In this document: one piece after another, positions 43,887 to 60,970 of the stretch
How the letters are laid out: the number at the start of each line of letters is the position of its first letter
How positions within the stretch are numbered: position 1 is the first letter of the stretch
From: Eledone cirrhosa
Lineage: Eukaryota
Length of the DNA: 64,000 bases
Reading direction: 5' to 3'
Assembly: GCA_964016885.1 (NCBI GenBank)
Contig: OZ024743.1
Coordinates: forward strand, 167,586,001 to 167,650,000
Made by a program: the position numbers and the translations under genes
The notes under the pieces: model-generated
What the model saw: only the letters and a program-made list of their open reading frames with translations
What the model was told of the DNA's origin: nothing
Databases searched by the model: none

Positions 43887-44568
43887 GTGTATGTGTATTT
43901 ATGTATATGCATGTATGTATATATATATGTATGTATGTATATGTATATATATATAAAGTGTGTGTATTTATTTGTGTGTGTATATACATATATATATATA
44001 TTATATATTAGCATATATAAATTATTTGTGTGTATATCTATATGGTGTGTATGTGAACATTTTTTTTATGTTGCTTGTATGTGTTTATCTATGTGTGTAT
44101 TTGTGTGTATATATATGTGTAATTGTGTATGGGGATTCTTGAAAAACTATTCTTAGAGAAAAATGCATTGTGATACAGAGGGTACAAAAGCAGGCACTCA
44201 GAATTTTCAAGTTTCATTTAATCTCAGCAAACAAAGGCTTTTCATTAAGTGGCTGTATTAACATGTGTTAAAGTCTGAAAAATGTTCAGGACTTTACAAT
44301 CACATACATACACACACACGCCCCCACACCCACATATATATATAATATATATATATACATATACATACATACACACATACACTCACACACACAAGCAGAC
44401 ATATATATACATATATACACTCACATATACATATATATATATACATATACATACACATACATATACATACATATACGTATATATACACATATATTAATAT
44501 ATGTATATATAGGCTAACAAATGGAATGAGAATAAGAAGAAAGCAAGAACGGGGGTGTGGTGTGGAGT

Positions 44569-44670
44569 TTTCCTCATCAGTTGTCTACTGGGGGTCTCGG
44601 ATATTTCAACACTTTAAAGACAATATATCTACCCCCAGAGTGTTCAATAACTGGGTAAATTATTGGGAAA
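44569..44670 (-). ncRNA. Permuted hammerhead-like motif, subfamily D
   Basis: tttcc caataatt..agttattg a acac t ctggggg ta gata TA ttgtct ttaaa gtgt t GAAA tatc cga ga cccccag t agacaa CTGATGA ggaaa. Confidence 0.75.
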
Positions 44671-44924
44671 ACGGAGAAGAGAGAGAAGGAATATAGAAGG
44701 GAAAAGTGGAAGAAAAGAGAAAACAGCAAAAAAAGCAAACCGAATGTGTAAGCAACTGAAGGCAAGAGAATCCAAGACCACTGCGGTAACAGAACTTAAG
44801 TAAGTTCAAGAGCGTGTGATCGAACGAAAAGACACGACTGACCCAAGCGAGTGTAAGTGAGAAACGGACTGGTAGAAGGTCAGGCGAGGGAAACAATGAG
44901 GTGGCAGCAAGAGAGAGAAGGTGA

Positions 44925-44981
<57 letters not shown>

Positions 44982-45622
44982 AATATAGATTTAGCGATAA
45001 TCGCATTTCGGCGGGTAGAAAAGGCGAAACGAACCGCAAAATTCAGAAATAATGCTGGCAAGCGCTCCATAGTTAAAAAAACAGAGCTAAACAATATGTT
45101 AAGACGCCATACAAAAACTGACTGAAATAGTGGTCAAGAAAGCATTAACCACATAAGCCAAAAAGCAAATCAAGCTAAACAGTTCAAAATAAAATAAATG
45201 ATAAAAAAACAAAGACCTGGACCCATTGGAATTGATGTTAAAATCCAAATGCAGGGTTTCTATGACACCTAAATCAAAATACTGTCTGCTTAAAATTTTA
45301 AGCTTTAGGTATAATGACCGAACAAGGAATATCACGTTATCAACAGGTATTTTGCTCCGTACCAAATTTGTGAATGACACAGAGGCGCGTAAAAGCACAT
45401 GTGAAATTCACAAGGGGAAAAACACCAGATTTTGGCAAATGAATTCAGTATGTGTATACCATGCAAAAAATTGCATAAATAGCACAAATCGAATAAGCTC
45501 TCAACTGGGTAGTTTTTAAAATAAACTTATGCAATTAACCTGTTAATAACAATTATTAACATGTTAATTGTAAGAGTCGGGAGATTAATACAAATATAGA
45601 TATATATAGATTATATAGATAG

Positions 45623-45705
<83 letters not shown>

Positions 45706-45755
45706 TATATATATATAATATACATTTATATATTATATATAAATATATATATATA

Positions 45756-46025
45756 TTTAAGGAACGCGTCCTGAACCATCAGTCGACCTTTAGGTACCCG
45801 TACAAACGATCACCCACGAAACTCAGAAGCCACGTATGGTGCCTCAAGGACTCAGGTATAGACTACTCCATTCAATGGAAAGCCATCACTAAGTCCAAGC
45901 CATACGCAAGGGGCAATCCGTCTTTTAGCCTGCATATTGAAGAAAGGATAAATATTCTAAGGAGATTACGAAATAACGATTGCCTAAATTCAAGAAATGA
46001 AATCTCCTCACGGTTGTTCACATGT
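45756..46025 (+). pseudogene. Hydra-like PLE GIY-YIG C-terminal fragment
   Basis: FKERVLNHQSTF..LRSHVWCLKDSGIDYSIQWK..KPY..LNSRNEI. Confidence 0.75.
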
Positions 46026-46430
46026 CTGGAAACAGCTCTTGAATAACTACAAAGCTCCGGATTGAATAACAATAACATTCTAATTTTCTTATCAACTCGA
46101 ACATCTTTTCCGACGTTTGCAGTTATCTTACAGCTTTCACCCGTTGCTTTGTATCACTTGGGTGAAATGACCGTTTTCGCGCATGCGGGTTCATACGGAT
46201 GTTCTCCCTTTTTCGACCAGTACGAGATAAATATCCGCTAATTGTTCTCAGTATGGTGAACTAACTGTTGTGTTACCACTTATATATATATATATATAGT
46301 TGTATATAGTGGTAGCTATGGTGCTTCCATAGGCGGTATGCCAAAATTAGCACTCGATATTCATCAGAGTAGAGTGTAGATATTATAAAGGAAATGAAAA
46401 ATCAGTGATGCATCTGGACTTAGTTTATTT

Positions 46431-46521
46431 CGTGTTACAAATGTTTCGCCGGCATGTAGCTCGAGTCATGGTCCTTGTATGGATCTGGCTGATTCTACTT
46501 TTGTGGGTTCTTTCAGACACG
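46431..46521 (-). ncRNA. Degenerate type I hammerhead-like motif
   Basis: CGTGT-CTGAAAGA...GAAA-CATTTG-TA-ACACG followed by AATAAA. Stem II pairs poorly. Confidence 0.4.
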
Positions 46522-46746
46522 GGTGTTACGTCCGGAGCAATGATAAAATATATATATATATGTGTGCGTTTGCATGCGTGAGTGTGTATGTGTGCGTGAA
46601 TGATTATAAACTCTCTCACATGGTCTGATGGAATTAACCCTTTAGCATTTACATTACTCTATATATACTATATTATTTTCATGGTAAAGGCTTTATCGCA
46701 CATAATATAAAAATCTCATAGATTTAATATTATTTATTTTGAGAAC

Positions 46747-46779
<33 letters not shown>

Positions 46780-46790
46780 CAATTATATAT

Positions 46791-46929
<139 letters not shown>

Positions 46930-46948
46930 GTTTTTATAGTTTTGCGAA

Positions 46949-47241
46949 AAGATGGCGTAGAAAATACAATGCAACGGGAGGAAACAATAGCACCACTGAA
47001 GATGTTGCTGATGTGCAACGAAAGAACTTTGATAAACTATATATATGTGTTTGTGTCTATATTGTATCTGTATTATTTTTTGACCGTTGGTCAGTCAATA
47101 GCAACATTGAGGACCGAATAAATTAGATTACCGATATAAAAGACACAGAAGCGAAAAGCGAAAACCAACCAAACAGTGAGTGTGTTCTGTTATTAATTCT
47201 AGCAATATTACACAAATATGACCCTCCCCAAGTATAACAAT
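46949..47241 (+). mobile_element. Solo pLTR-like end, reverse complement of 8501-8792
   Basis: The sequence is near-identical and includes the CTGAAGA..GAAA core. Confidence 0.8.
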
Positions 47242-47250
47242 ATATATATA

Positions 47251-47650
<400 letters not shown>

Positions 47651-47651
47651 A

Positions 47652-49830
<2,179 letters not shown>

Positions 49831-49844
49831 CAAATATCTATATA

Positions 49845-50000
49845 TCTATATATCAAAAACAGAGGATGTCTGTCTGTTTCCCTAAAACTCGAGAAGTACC
49901 CAAACGTTTTTTTTCAAACTTTACACATGTAATCCGTATGGCCCCGGAAATGTTTTGAGCAAAAGAAAAATTTCAAATTATTCTGACCTCGGGATCGAAT
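49845..50000 (+). mobile_element. Possible Helitron 5' end
   Basis: A|TCTATATATCAAAAACAGAGGATGTCTGTCTGT. I did not find a matching 3' end. Confidence 0.4.
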
Positions 50001-50781
50001 TAGTGAAGTGGCCAATGTCTGTAAATAATGAGGGAGTGAGAGGGGAGGGAAAGAAACGGAGAGGCGAAGTGAAGAAGTGGCTCTCTACTCCTCCTCCTCC
50101 TTCTCCCCATTCGTCACAGCGTTTTTCGATAGAGGGGTGAAATGTGAACGAGTTACAGAGAGAAAGAGTGAGAGTGAAAGAAACAGACAGACTAAAAGAG
50201 GGGGATAGCGGGAGAGAAAGAGAGAGAGAGAGTGACAGACGTCGTCTTTAGAGAGTTGTATGCACCAAAGATACATGACAGTGGAATAACTATTGCGTGT
50301 GTGTCTACTATTTTGAGTTTCTAATCTCAGAGGGTTACATGCTTTTGATATATTCGGCTCCGTTAATTCGTAGAGCTATTTCAATTGTCGTGTAGACCTG
50401 GCTGCTATTTTTAGCGACGTGAGTCTGCGCGACGCGCTAAGTTTGGAAACCATGTGCGTTACATATACACACACTATCCAGTTCTTTATTTTATTTAGAA
50501 GTGAAGAGGATACTAATTCTTCACCTGCTGATGAGCCAATAATTTGATATACCTCTTCACAAATAATATTGCGAAACGGTTCCATCAAAAACCGTCCGAG
50601 TGAATAGTAGTTACCACAATACTGGTTTGTATTTATTTTCTTGATTTATTCTTAAATTGAGACTGGCAAACCATATTGTCTGTAGTTAGTATTTTTGTCA
50701 CCTTAGCGTTTCTGGTCCATTACCAATTGAACTCATACATGCATATGTCTGTGTTCATTTTTCTTTTTTGTTCAGTTATAC

Positions 50782-50847
<66 letters not shown>

Positions 50848-50896
50848 AAGATTGAAGAATAACATGGTCGGCTGTACGAAAAGGGTTTTATTTCAG

Positions 50897-51007
50897 GTAT
50901 TAACAATTGTTTCATTGATCAGGCGAGTCTAAAGGCCGCTAATCACTCGAAGCTGCGTCAGTCGACCTTAAATACAGTGTTTACCTCTGATCAAATCATC
51001 GGGATAC
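50897..51007 (-). ncRNA. Type I hammerhead-like motif, CCGATGA core
   Basis: GTATc-CCGATGA-tTTGATCAG...CTGATCAAt-GAAA-CAATTG-TT-aATAC followed by AATAAA. Confidence 0.6.
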
Positions 51008-51613
51008 TGGAGGTTTTACATATGGTAATGGTATATATAGAAACAACGGAGAATCAAAACAATAACATCGATAATAAAAGATAATGATAAAGAGGTACAG
51101 AAGTTACAGATGTAAAAATAAGTAAAAAAATAATAAGTACAGAATACGATTGCTGATAATAGTGGTGGTAGTGAGTAAGTGTATGTGTAAAAACGTGGTG
51201 ATGGTAGAGATAATACTAACATGAAAAGCAACATTAAATACATGCATACATACGTGGTGGTCAAATCTCAGATGGTTAGAGTAGAGAATAAGAAATAGTA
51301 ACAAATGACAGATAAAAGATAAGAAATAATAAATTAAAAATTAAGTGAGAGGGGAAGAGATACGAGGATGAGACATAAGGGGTAGGGCTAAGGACGGGGA
51401 AGGAGTAGATAGGTAGATAGAGAATAAACATTGAGAGGGAGAGTTTTGATATATGTATGTGTGAGTGGTAAATGTCTAGCATGCTGATTGTCTTATCTTA
51501 AAGGGAGTGATGTGGCTTTAGAGAGAGAGAGAAAGAAAGGTTAGGAGATTTATGATGTTGATCTAGTGACCAGTTGGTCAGTTGACAGCTAATAATAGTT
51601 GGATGGAGTGTCC

Positions 51614-52500
51614 TACTGCGGACTTTGCAATATGGAGCTGTTCCATATTTTAAAGAATGATAAAATGCTGCTTAACAGCAAAATAGAAACATCAATTTTC
51701 TGTAGGCACAAAGCAACTACCAAGTTCGCAAATTTCAAACCAACATGATTCGATCCAGCAATCTCAAAATTCGAGCTGAACCACCCGGATACCCCACTAT
51801 TATTAGCTGTCAACTAACCGACTGGTCACTAGATCAACATCATAAATCTGCTAACCTTTCTTTCACTCTCTCTCCCTAAAGCCACATCAAGCCCATTAAG
51901 ATAAGACAATCAGCATTAACATTCTGTGTGTAATATGCCTGATATTTTCCCTTTTACTTATACTCTTCTTATGACACCTTTCAATATTTTGATATCTTTT
52001 TACTGTAATATCACGTATATACTTGCTCTCATTTTGCATCTGTATTACCTTAATGCATACTATTACTGATTTTCTGTGTAATATGTTTGATATACTCACT
52101 TTTAGTAATACGCTCTTTATAACAGCTTCCAATATTTTGCTATCCTTACAATGTAATATTATTTTTTTACTCTTGTTTTTCAATATGATATCATTGACAC
52201 CGTTAATAATAATGAATCTTAATGAATGTTCTAAGCACTAGGAATGTAATTACTTGTTTAAACATTGTGTATGCTCCGATGATACCAGACAGTTGTCTTG
52301 AAGAAACGATCGTCAGCAATTAAACAAAAATTTGATTGTTTTATATTTTTTATTTCTGCTATATTTTTTATTTCTACATCTAATAATTTACATTGAGCTA
52401 ATTTTCTTACTGGTAATTGGGTGATACGATATATTACCCTTTCGTATTTATAATTGTATATAGATTATATATATAAGTATAAATACTATTATTATTGATA
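51614..52500 (+). mobile_element. Hydra-like PLE 3' fragment (ORF end 51614-51748 + 3'UTR); 51796-51916 is inverted at 51481-51600
   Basis: It reads CGLCNMELFHILKNDKMLLNSKIETSIFCRHK* and has an HHR at 52272. Confidence 0.75.
52272..52318 (+). ncRNA. Type I hammerhead-like motif, CCGATGA core
   Basis: TGCT-CCGATGA-..AGAC agtt GTCT..-GAAA-CGATCG-TC-AGCA. Confidence 0.65.
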
Positions 52501-52638
52501 TTAATATTATATATATATATATTTCCATCGATTTTTAATTTAATAGATGCTCGGATTTATCCCATAGAATCTTTAAGCTCATTCTACAGGTGGTATGGCG
52601 CATGTTTCTCAGACATGACATCCTTAATTTAATTTTGG

Positions 52639-52720
<82 letters not shown>

Positions 52721-53614
52721 CATTAATTGGGAAGGTTTGAATCGATGAGTGTATATGAATATTCGTAAAATTAAAGTATTCTCAGCGTGGAAGGTAGCCG
52801 TTACCAACTGTATACTATTTGCATATTAAAATTTGTGGGGTTAAGATATAACCACAAACCGAACGGGGAGTGTGTGAGAGAGAGAGGGGGAGGAAGAGAT
52901 GAGAAAAGAGGGGTTTATAAGGAGAGAAGGTAGGAAAAGGCCAGGAGAAAATGTGGACTAGAGTGATGGAGAGATGGATTTGAAAGATGGAGGGAAAAAT
53001 TAACAAGAATAAGGTACTTGGCGTTATTTGGATTGTCAGCGCCCTATCAATAATCTGCAATATGATATTGCATATAAACGAATATCCATATATATATATA
53101 TATATGTGTGTATACAAAAGAAAAGATTTCGCTTCAAGCATAGCTTTATACAATATGTATAGAAATTTCTAAAGAAATACGATTTTAGGAAGCCGTAGCT
53201 ATGCAAACACCGGGGGGCTAACGCCCTCTGGTGTTGTCCAGCAGAAGCAGGGGGACAACCGTATATGCATTTCAGGCTTGACTGGCCATCAGTTTGCGAC
53301 TGCTGGACTTGAAAACCGCCGATATATATATATATATATATATACAGATATGTGCATATATGTATGTATGTATATTTTTATATGTGTATATATATGTGTG
53401 TATGTGTGTGTGTGTATTTCCTTTTCTCACTAGTCAGTTCTTTCGCTGCTACAGATCACGTGACTAAATTAGCAGTCGCTATTTTCAATTTGCAAAGCCC
53501 TTTAAACTGTATGTTATTACTCTGAGGTTTATTCCTTGTCGAGTGCTTGGCTCCACTGCTGAAGGCATTCGTTGGCTTGGCTTGGCTGCTGATCGAACTT
53601 CGAATATGCTGTTC

Positions 53615-53728
<114 letters not shown>

Positions 53729-53822
53729 GGCAACACTCATCTTTTTCCATTTCTCCGAGGGTTATAAACCCCACTATCAGGCTAGAAATTTCTTTAGTCT
53801 AAAATACGGTGAAAGCTTATCA

Positions 53823-53881
<59 letters not shown>

Positions 53882-53926
53882 TAAACAAATAATGAATAAA
53901 CAATTCCTTATATTAAACAAAAAAAG

Positions 53927-54080
53927 TTCATTATTTAACGATCGTTTCTAGGATATATATGTGTTAGAATTGGTATGCATATTCAACAGATCTATGTACA
54001 AAATTATACAAAATTATACAAATTATCAAGATTAAATATACATACCAACACATATATACGCCGTCTTCAGAAATAATGAA
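53927..54080 (-). ncRNA. Type I hammerhead with long stem II
   Basis: TTCATTATTT-CTGAAGA-cgg..TATATATGTGTTGG...CTAACACATATATA..cta-GAAA-CGATCG-TT-AAATAATGAA. Confidence 0.8.
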
Positions 54081-54717
54081 GTATATTTATTGATAATAAC
54101 AACAATTCAAAATTTCAGGTCCGTTTGGGAACAAAATTGACCAATGAAAACACAAAGGGTTAAATGCAGTTCGGTGTGTGTATATACATATAAAACCCTT
54201 ACACATATTTTACAAAAATGTATGTATAATTTGTATACGCATACTGAAAGGATGGATGCAAATACAAAATTTCAAGGTTAATGTCTCTGTAAGTTTATAA
54301 TGCACAGATAAGATGCGTATTGACACAAGTATGAAGTTAAGTATATAAATATATTTTTTCATACTCACACATATCCGTACAATCACACATACACGCGCGT
54401 ATATGCATAAATATACACATAACCACGAACATACAAACACACACACACCCCCACTCACATTTATATATGTGGATATAAAATCATAAGCACATGGATATTA
54501 ATTCACTCACATAAAACACTGGCACACACATTTTTAGAACAAGATACAGAAATTAGGTGGGAGGGGGGGGGGAGGTCAGTATTCAACGGTCTGAGCAGAC
54601 TGCCTAATATAGATGTATCTATAAACTAAGAAAATAAAAAATAATAAATAAACATTAAAGAGGAAAGAATAGAAAGAAAAAAGAAAAAAGAAAAAAAGAA
54701 AAAAGAAATATATCAAG

Positions 54718-54759
<42 letters not shown>

Positions 54760-54980
54760 CATATACATATATATATATACACACACACATATATATATAA
54801 TATAATATACATATATATACACATAGACACACACACACACATACATAAATATACACACATATACAAACACATACATACATATACACACATCCACACTAAG
54901 AACATACATACACACACATATATAAACATATACATATACACACATACATACATATACACATATACATACAAATACACATA

Positions 54981-55035
<55 letters not shown>

Positions 55036-55345
55036 GTATATACACGTACATATACACACATATATACATATAATCACACATACTATATAGACACACATAT
55101 ATATAACCACACACATACATGCACATATACAACACTTACACACTAATATACATACAGATATACACATACATAGCTATATATACACACAAATATATACAGA
55201 CTTACATATATACATACAGACAAATACTTACGCATCTATATATCGGTATATACATATAAACACCACTACACTATCACACAACTTAGAAATACAAAGAGAA
55301 AGGTATATACCTATACACACATACATATACAAATAGAAAAACATA

Positions 55346-55383
<38 letters not shown>

Positions 55384-55409
55384 TACACATATACATATTT
55401 ATATATAAC

Positions 55410-55440
<31 letters not shown>

Positions 55441-55666
55441 CATATACACATACACACACATACACATACACACACATACATACATGTACACACACATAGA
55501 AATATATACGCATACACACATACACACATACATATAAAGTCATACACACACAAACACCTACACGAACATACACATACACATATATAAAGATATATATACA
55601 CACACACACACAACACATACACACAATCACATATATATAAAAAAAATAAATAATAAAGATATATAC

Positions 55667-55725
<59 letters not shown>

Positions 55726-56074
55726 CATATATATATACATACACATACATACACACATACATAGACAAACATGTACATACATACACGTACATCGATATAC
55801 ATACATATATATATACACACATAGACATATACATACATACACACACAACTTACATACACACATATATATACATGTATATTCATACATAGAATTAGATATA
55901 TAATCATACATACATATGCACTTACTTATACTCATATATACAAATACATACGCATCCATATATGCGTATATACATAAAAACGCCACTACAACCTCACCTA
56001 ACTCAGACATACAAATAAAAATAAAAAGGCATATGTATATACATATATACACGCATTAATAGAGACATATATAT

Positions 56075-56121
<47 letters not shown>

Positions 56122-56366
56122 CACACATACATTCATATATATATATATATAGATACCCACACACACATACCACCATAAATACACATACAAACACCCACAT
56201 ATACATATATATACACACGTATATATATATATATATATACACACACATAAAAAACAGACATGCACATATATATATATATTTTTTTACACTTATATATACA
56301 CATATTATATACACATACACAACCTCACATATACACACATACACATAAGTTATATTATAATAATAA

Positions 56367-56419
<53 letters not shown>

Positions 56420-56504
56420 CATATATATATATATATACATATAGACATATACATACATATATACACACATACGAATATAGACATATAATCACACATAGAC
56501 ACCC

Positions 56505-56537
<33 letters not shown>

Positions 56538-58185
56538 TACATATACACAGACACATATACACACTCACATATATATGTGTGTGCACACACACATATATAC
56601 ACACATGCACATATATACACATAAACACATATATGTGCATACATGCACACACACACACATATATCACATAGATACGAAGATAGACATATAAATAGAGAGA
56701 CATACATATATATACACAACACACATACACACACATACAAACACACACATATACATATACATATATATACATATATATATATTTCTATATATACATATAT
56801 ACATATATATATATATACATACATATATATACATACACATATACATACACACATTCACATACACATACATATATACATGCATATATACACATATATACAT
56901 ACATACACACACTCATATATACACACACAATCTTACATTCATATTTGCATGCGCATATATGTATTTTTATATTCAGATATAAATACCCAAACCTATATAG
57001 ACACCTACCTACATATATATTCATACATACACGCATACAAATACAGATGATAATAGTATGGGGGAAAGGGGGGGTTTGGAGAAGGGGATCATAGTAAATA
57101 TATGTTTCAAGAAACATAGAATATTTTCCGTATCTTGATCCAATGTATGTTTTTACATAGTTTCAGTGTTAGGAAATACAACAAACAAGAACTAAGGCAA
57201 AATCTATGCATCTCAAAATAAACAAGTATACCATTAATTATATGTTAACTAAACCAAAGATAGTTAACATATTGATTTCTAAGGTGTAAATTAGTTAGGT
57301 TTATAATATTTGAAGCAGAATTTTGAAGTTAAATAGTAGTAGAGTATTAATTATAGTATAACTAAATTAAAGTTAATAACGTTATGGTATCAATATTAGG
57401 AAATGAATTTAGTAATAGGGAAAAAACAAATAAAATAAAGTATTACATCGGTAGTAGAATATAAATTATAGGTTAACTAAATTAAAAATTATATATTTAT
57501 TTCTATAGTATATGTTAATTAGGTATATAATACATAAAACAGATATTGTATTTTATCAATAGCATAATATAATTATATGCAAATAGACATCAAAATTAAT
57601 ACATATACATATACATATACATACACATACATACATACATATATATACACATATATATATATATACACATATACACATATACATACACACACACATACAC
57701 ATACACATATACATATACATATCTTTTTCAAAAAATTGCATAGAATATATTAACTAGGTATATATCCAAAACACATCCCATTCTATGAATTACATGACCT
57801 TCTGCAATTCGTCTGTATAAGGATACTAATTTTAAGCAAATTAAAAATAAAATTTTTAGGTTGATTAAAATTAAAACCAAATTATAAATATATTTCTAAA
57901 ATGTATATTAATTAGGTCTATAATACTAAAAATTATTTCTCTGTCATTGGATACACGATATTATTTTGTTATATTTTATCTGTAAAAGAATTATAATAAA
58001 AGGTTTAAATAAATTAAAATTAATTTATAAATTAAATTACTAAGTATATATTAGTAATATTTAAAGGTTTTTCACAATTTATGATTACATAATATTTTAT
58101 ATTCTCATCTGTAATAAAATTTTAATTAAATTAAATTTATAGGTTAAATAACATTTAAATTAAATTAATTTCTAAAATAATGTTA

Positions 58186-60648
58186 TTAATTAGGTTTATA
58201 ATATTTAAATGTTTTTTTTAGTTTATGATTACACGATATAATTAATTCCTGTCGTTTATTTAATAAGATATCCTTAGACTTCATTATTTCAAATAGTTCT
58301 TGGGAACATAATCTACATTCATTTCTATTATTTTGATAAGGGGTGGCTCTTTTGAGCACACTCCAGGTCAAATCATATTCTATATTCTTATTTTTATAAC
58401 TATTGATTTTTTCTGCTAGAGATGTTGTATTAGCCAGTGCGGCATTTTTAAAACTATGCTTGTGGGTATTAAACCTTGTCTTAAAATTGTTAGAGGTAGC
58501 TCCTATATATGAGCAAATAGAATCTTTAGTTTTAACATTACATTTATAGACTATGTTGTTAACAAGACAATTCCCTTTTAATGGGCAGTTTGCTTTGTTT
58601 CTACAGTTACATCCTTTCGTTAATTCTGTATTTGAGGAGATATTATGGTTAATTTGATGTACTGGTGGTATACTTATGGTTTTCTTACATTTATATGCAT
58701 TATAGGCACTTATATTTTGTTTTATGTTATTTGTTGTAGAGTATGAGAATTTAACTGTAGACCTATTTAAGATTTGATGGTATTTGTGGTTTGGCGGGAA
58801 GTTTTTCTCAAGGATATAAAAAAATTTTTTAGCAATATTATCCTTAACTTGTAAATTAAAAGGAGCATTATACCAAGTAACCCGTCTATTACGGTTTCTA
58901 TGTTGTTTATTATTTTTATTATTTTTATAGGTTGTATCGTGATTTTTACTAGGAGGATTAATGTTAATGATCTCACCACAACTATTTTTAGTTATATTTG
59001 TAGATTTAGGTGTTTTATCCTTTTTATTAGGAGTTTTATTATTAATATTTATTAGAGTTGTATGATGAGTAGTTTTTTGAGAGTTACTATACTTTATATT
59101 AGAAGATTTGGTATTTTGGGGTATAGTGTGGGTGGCATTTAGGTGTGTACTTTTCATTTGGTGTTTGTTGGTAATATTATGTTGTATGCTTTCAGTATTT
59201 TTAGTAGAAGGTATATACTCTAATCTATTTTTGTGGCCACTTCTATCTAGAGCTTCGTTATAGAAGGTCGCATTTTTATCAAATACATCTTGGTTAGAAG
59301 AAAGGTTAGAAATTCTAAGTGATATATTATATGCAAGGTTTTTAAGGATAGATTTAGGGTGATTAGATTGTGAGTGTATGTAATGTAAGTTTTGGTTAGG
59401 TTTATGGTAAGGTTGGTAGATACCCGTAGCTAAATCTAAAGTTATATCTAGGAAATTTACTACTTTACTTGTTTTTTCAAAAGTAATATTAAGATTATAA
59501 TAGTCTTTAAGGAAAGTTCTAATAAGTTTTTTGTTTTTTTCAATTTCTGAAAGGCTAAGGTTGTTAGAAAGAAGAAGACAGTCATCACGATATAAACCAC
59601 CTTTGAGGTGGGGAAAAGAGGCATTTATGTTGAAAAGGAGAAAGAGGCCCACAAGATCAGTAATTTGGGCGGAATCGCTTGAACCCATAGTAATATCAAA
59701 AAGATTACTATATGTGTTTCTGGTCCAGTATTCATTCTGAAATTCAATAAGTGTTAGTCTAGCATGTGTAATAATATTAATGTCATCCAAAGTTAAGTTA
59801 GATCTATTTTTAGCAAATATCAATGCTTTGTTCAGGAGTATAGGTGATATAGAAGAATAGTAATTATCTATATCAAATTGTAGGAATGAAGCAGAAGATT
59901 TACACCTAATATTTTTAAACCAGTTAATTACCTGGGAGGTGTTTTCCCAGAGTGGTAAAATAACGTATTTTCTTATTTGTGGGATGACTCTATCTAAAAT
60001 TTTTTTGCTAATTATTCCAATATCTGATTTGGAGGGACATATAAGTCTAATAGAAGGATTTGAGTTAAAGTTAGATTTGTGATCCTTCAGGTTGAAGTGT
60101 GGTCTTTTCAATGCCAAAGGTTCAGTTCTATCTTCAATGTTTAGTTTTTTTACTATGTTGTGTGTTTTGTTGTTGATGTTGGTGAGTGACACATTATTAG
60201 ATTTTTTATAATTTTTTCTGAGTTCTTTATATATGAACTCGTTATAATGTTCAATATCCATATGATACAAGTTACCAGTTTTGTCCGAGTGGACATGGAT
60301 TTTTTTAGACTTTTTTAGGTCCAATAGGGTAGAATCAAGGTCCTTTTGAAAGACGGATTTATACTTTTTAAATTTGAGGTGTTTAATTAAATTAAAAAGG
60401 TCTTTCTCGAAGTCTTCAAGTAAAAAGTTGTGTGGTGGATTCTTGTAAGTATTGAAATCATACATATATTTCCGATCTGCTTGTTTAGATTTTCTATCGA
60501 AGTGGTAGGCTCTCCATCTAACCCTTCTGATAAAATTATTAGTTTTCTGAATCATAAGGAGTAAGAAGTCATCCTTAGAAGGTATTGGTATGTTTTTTAA
60601 GGAGGTTCCTAAATATTGTTTTTCCATTGTGATATGGATGATGGACAA
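58186..60648 (-). CDS. Intact PLE protein: RT + CxCx5C linker + C-terminal GIY-YIG (likely ATG at 60627)
   Basis: Motifs SLKNIPIPS, RWRA, SDKTGN, LKDHK, FDIDNYYSSI, MGSSDSA, GLYRDD, NFLDITLDL, CNCRNKANCPL, IVYKC..SYIG and CRLC..CNH. Confidence 0.93.
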   Translation of the reverse strand: MSIIHITMEKQYLGTSLKNIPIPSKDDFLLLMIQKTNNFIRRVRWRAYHFDRKSKQADRKYMYDFNTYKNPPHNFLLEDFEKDLFNLIKHLKFKKYKSVFQKDLDSTLLDLKKSKKIHVHSDKTGNLYHMDIEHYNEFIYKELRKNYKKSNNVSLTNINNKTHNIVKKLNIEDRTEPLALKRPHFNLKDHKSNFNSNPSIRLICPSKSDIGIISKKILDRVIPQIRKYVILPLWENTSQVINWFKNIRCKSSASFLQFDIDNYYSSISPILLNKALIFAKNRSNLTLDDINIITHARLTLIEFQNEYWTRNTYSNLFDITMGSSDSAQITDLVGLFLLFNINASFPHLKGGLYRDDCLLLSNNLSLSEIEKNKKLIRTFLKDYYNLNITFEKTSKVVNFLDITLDLATGIYQPYHKPNQNLHYIHSQSNHPKSILKNLAYNISLRISNLSSNQDVFDKNATFYNEALDRSGHKNRLEYIPSTKNTESIQHNITNKHQMKSTHLNATHTIPQNTKSSNIKYSNSQKTTHHTTLININNKTPNKKDKTPKSTNITKNSCGEIININPPSKNHDTTYKNNKNNKQHRNRNRRVTWYNAPFNLQVKDNIAKKFFYILEKNFPPNHKYHQILNRSTVKFSYSTTNNIKQNISAYNAYKCKKTISIPPVHQINHNISSNTELTKGCNCRNKANCPLKGNCLVNNIVYKCNVKTKDSICSYIGATSNNFKTRFNTHKHSFKNAALANTTSLAEKINSYKNKNIEYDLTWSVLKRATPYQNNRNECRLCSQELFEIMKSKDILLNKRQELIISCNHKLKKTFKYYKPN

Positions 60649-60970
60649 TTGAAAGAGCTCAACTAAATGTATATGGGTTTACAAAATCATACATATATAT
60701 ATGTATATACATAAATATAAAATTAATACACACATACAGTACAAAAATACGAATATTTCCGTGAAAATAGGAGCAAAATTATGTAGATAAATCTACCAAG
60801 AGTTTACGGTAGTGTCCAATCCGTATGAAGAACTCAATGTATTCCGGATATCATGGAAAGAAGAGATGTAATGAAAAATCACTTTCGGTGAAAGATAAAC
60901 GGTATACAGAGTCAAGATAAAATATTAAACAAATAATGAATAAACAATTCCTTATATTAAACAAAAAAAG

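Noticed and set aside
45099-45519. Hydrophobic short ORFs as a possible host exon
   Set aside because: There is no recognisable domain or splice support, and stops lie nearby in frame.
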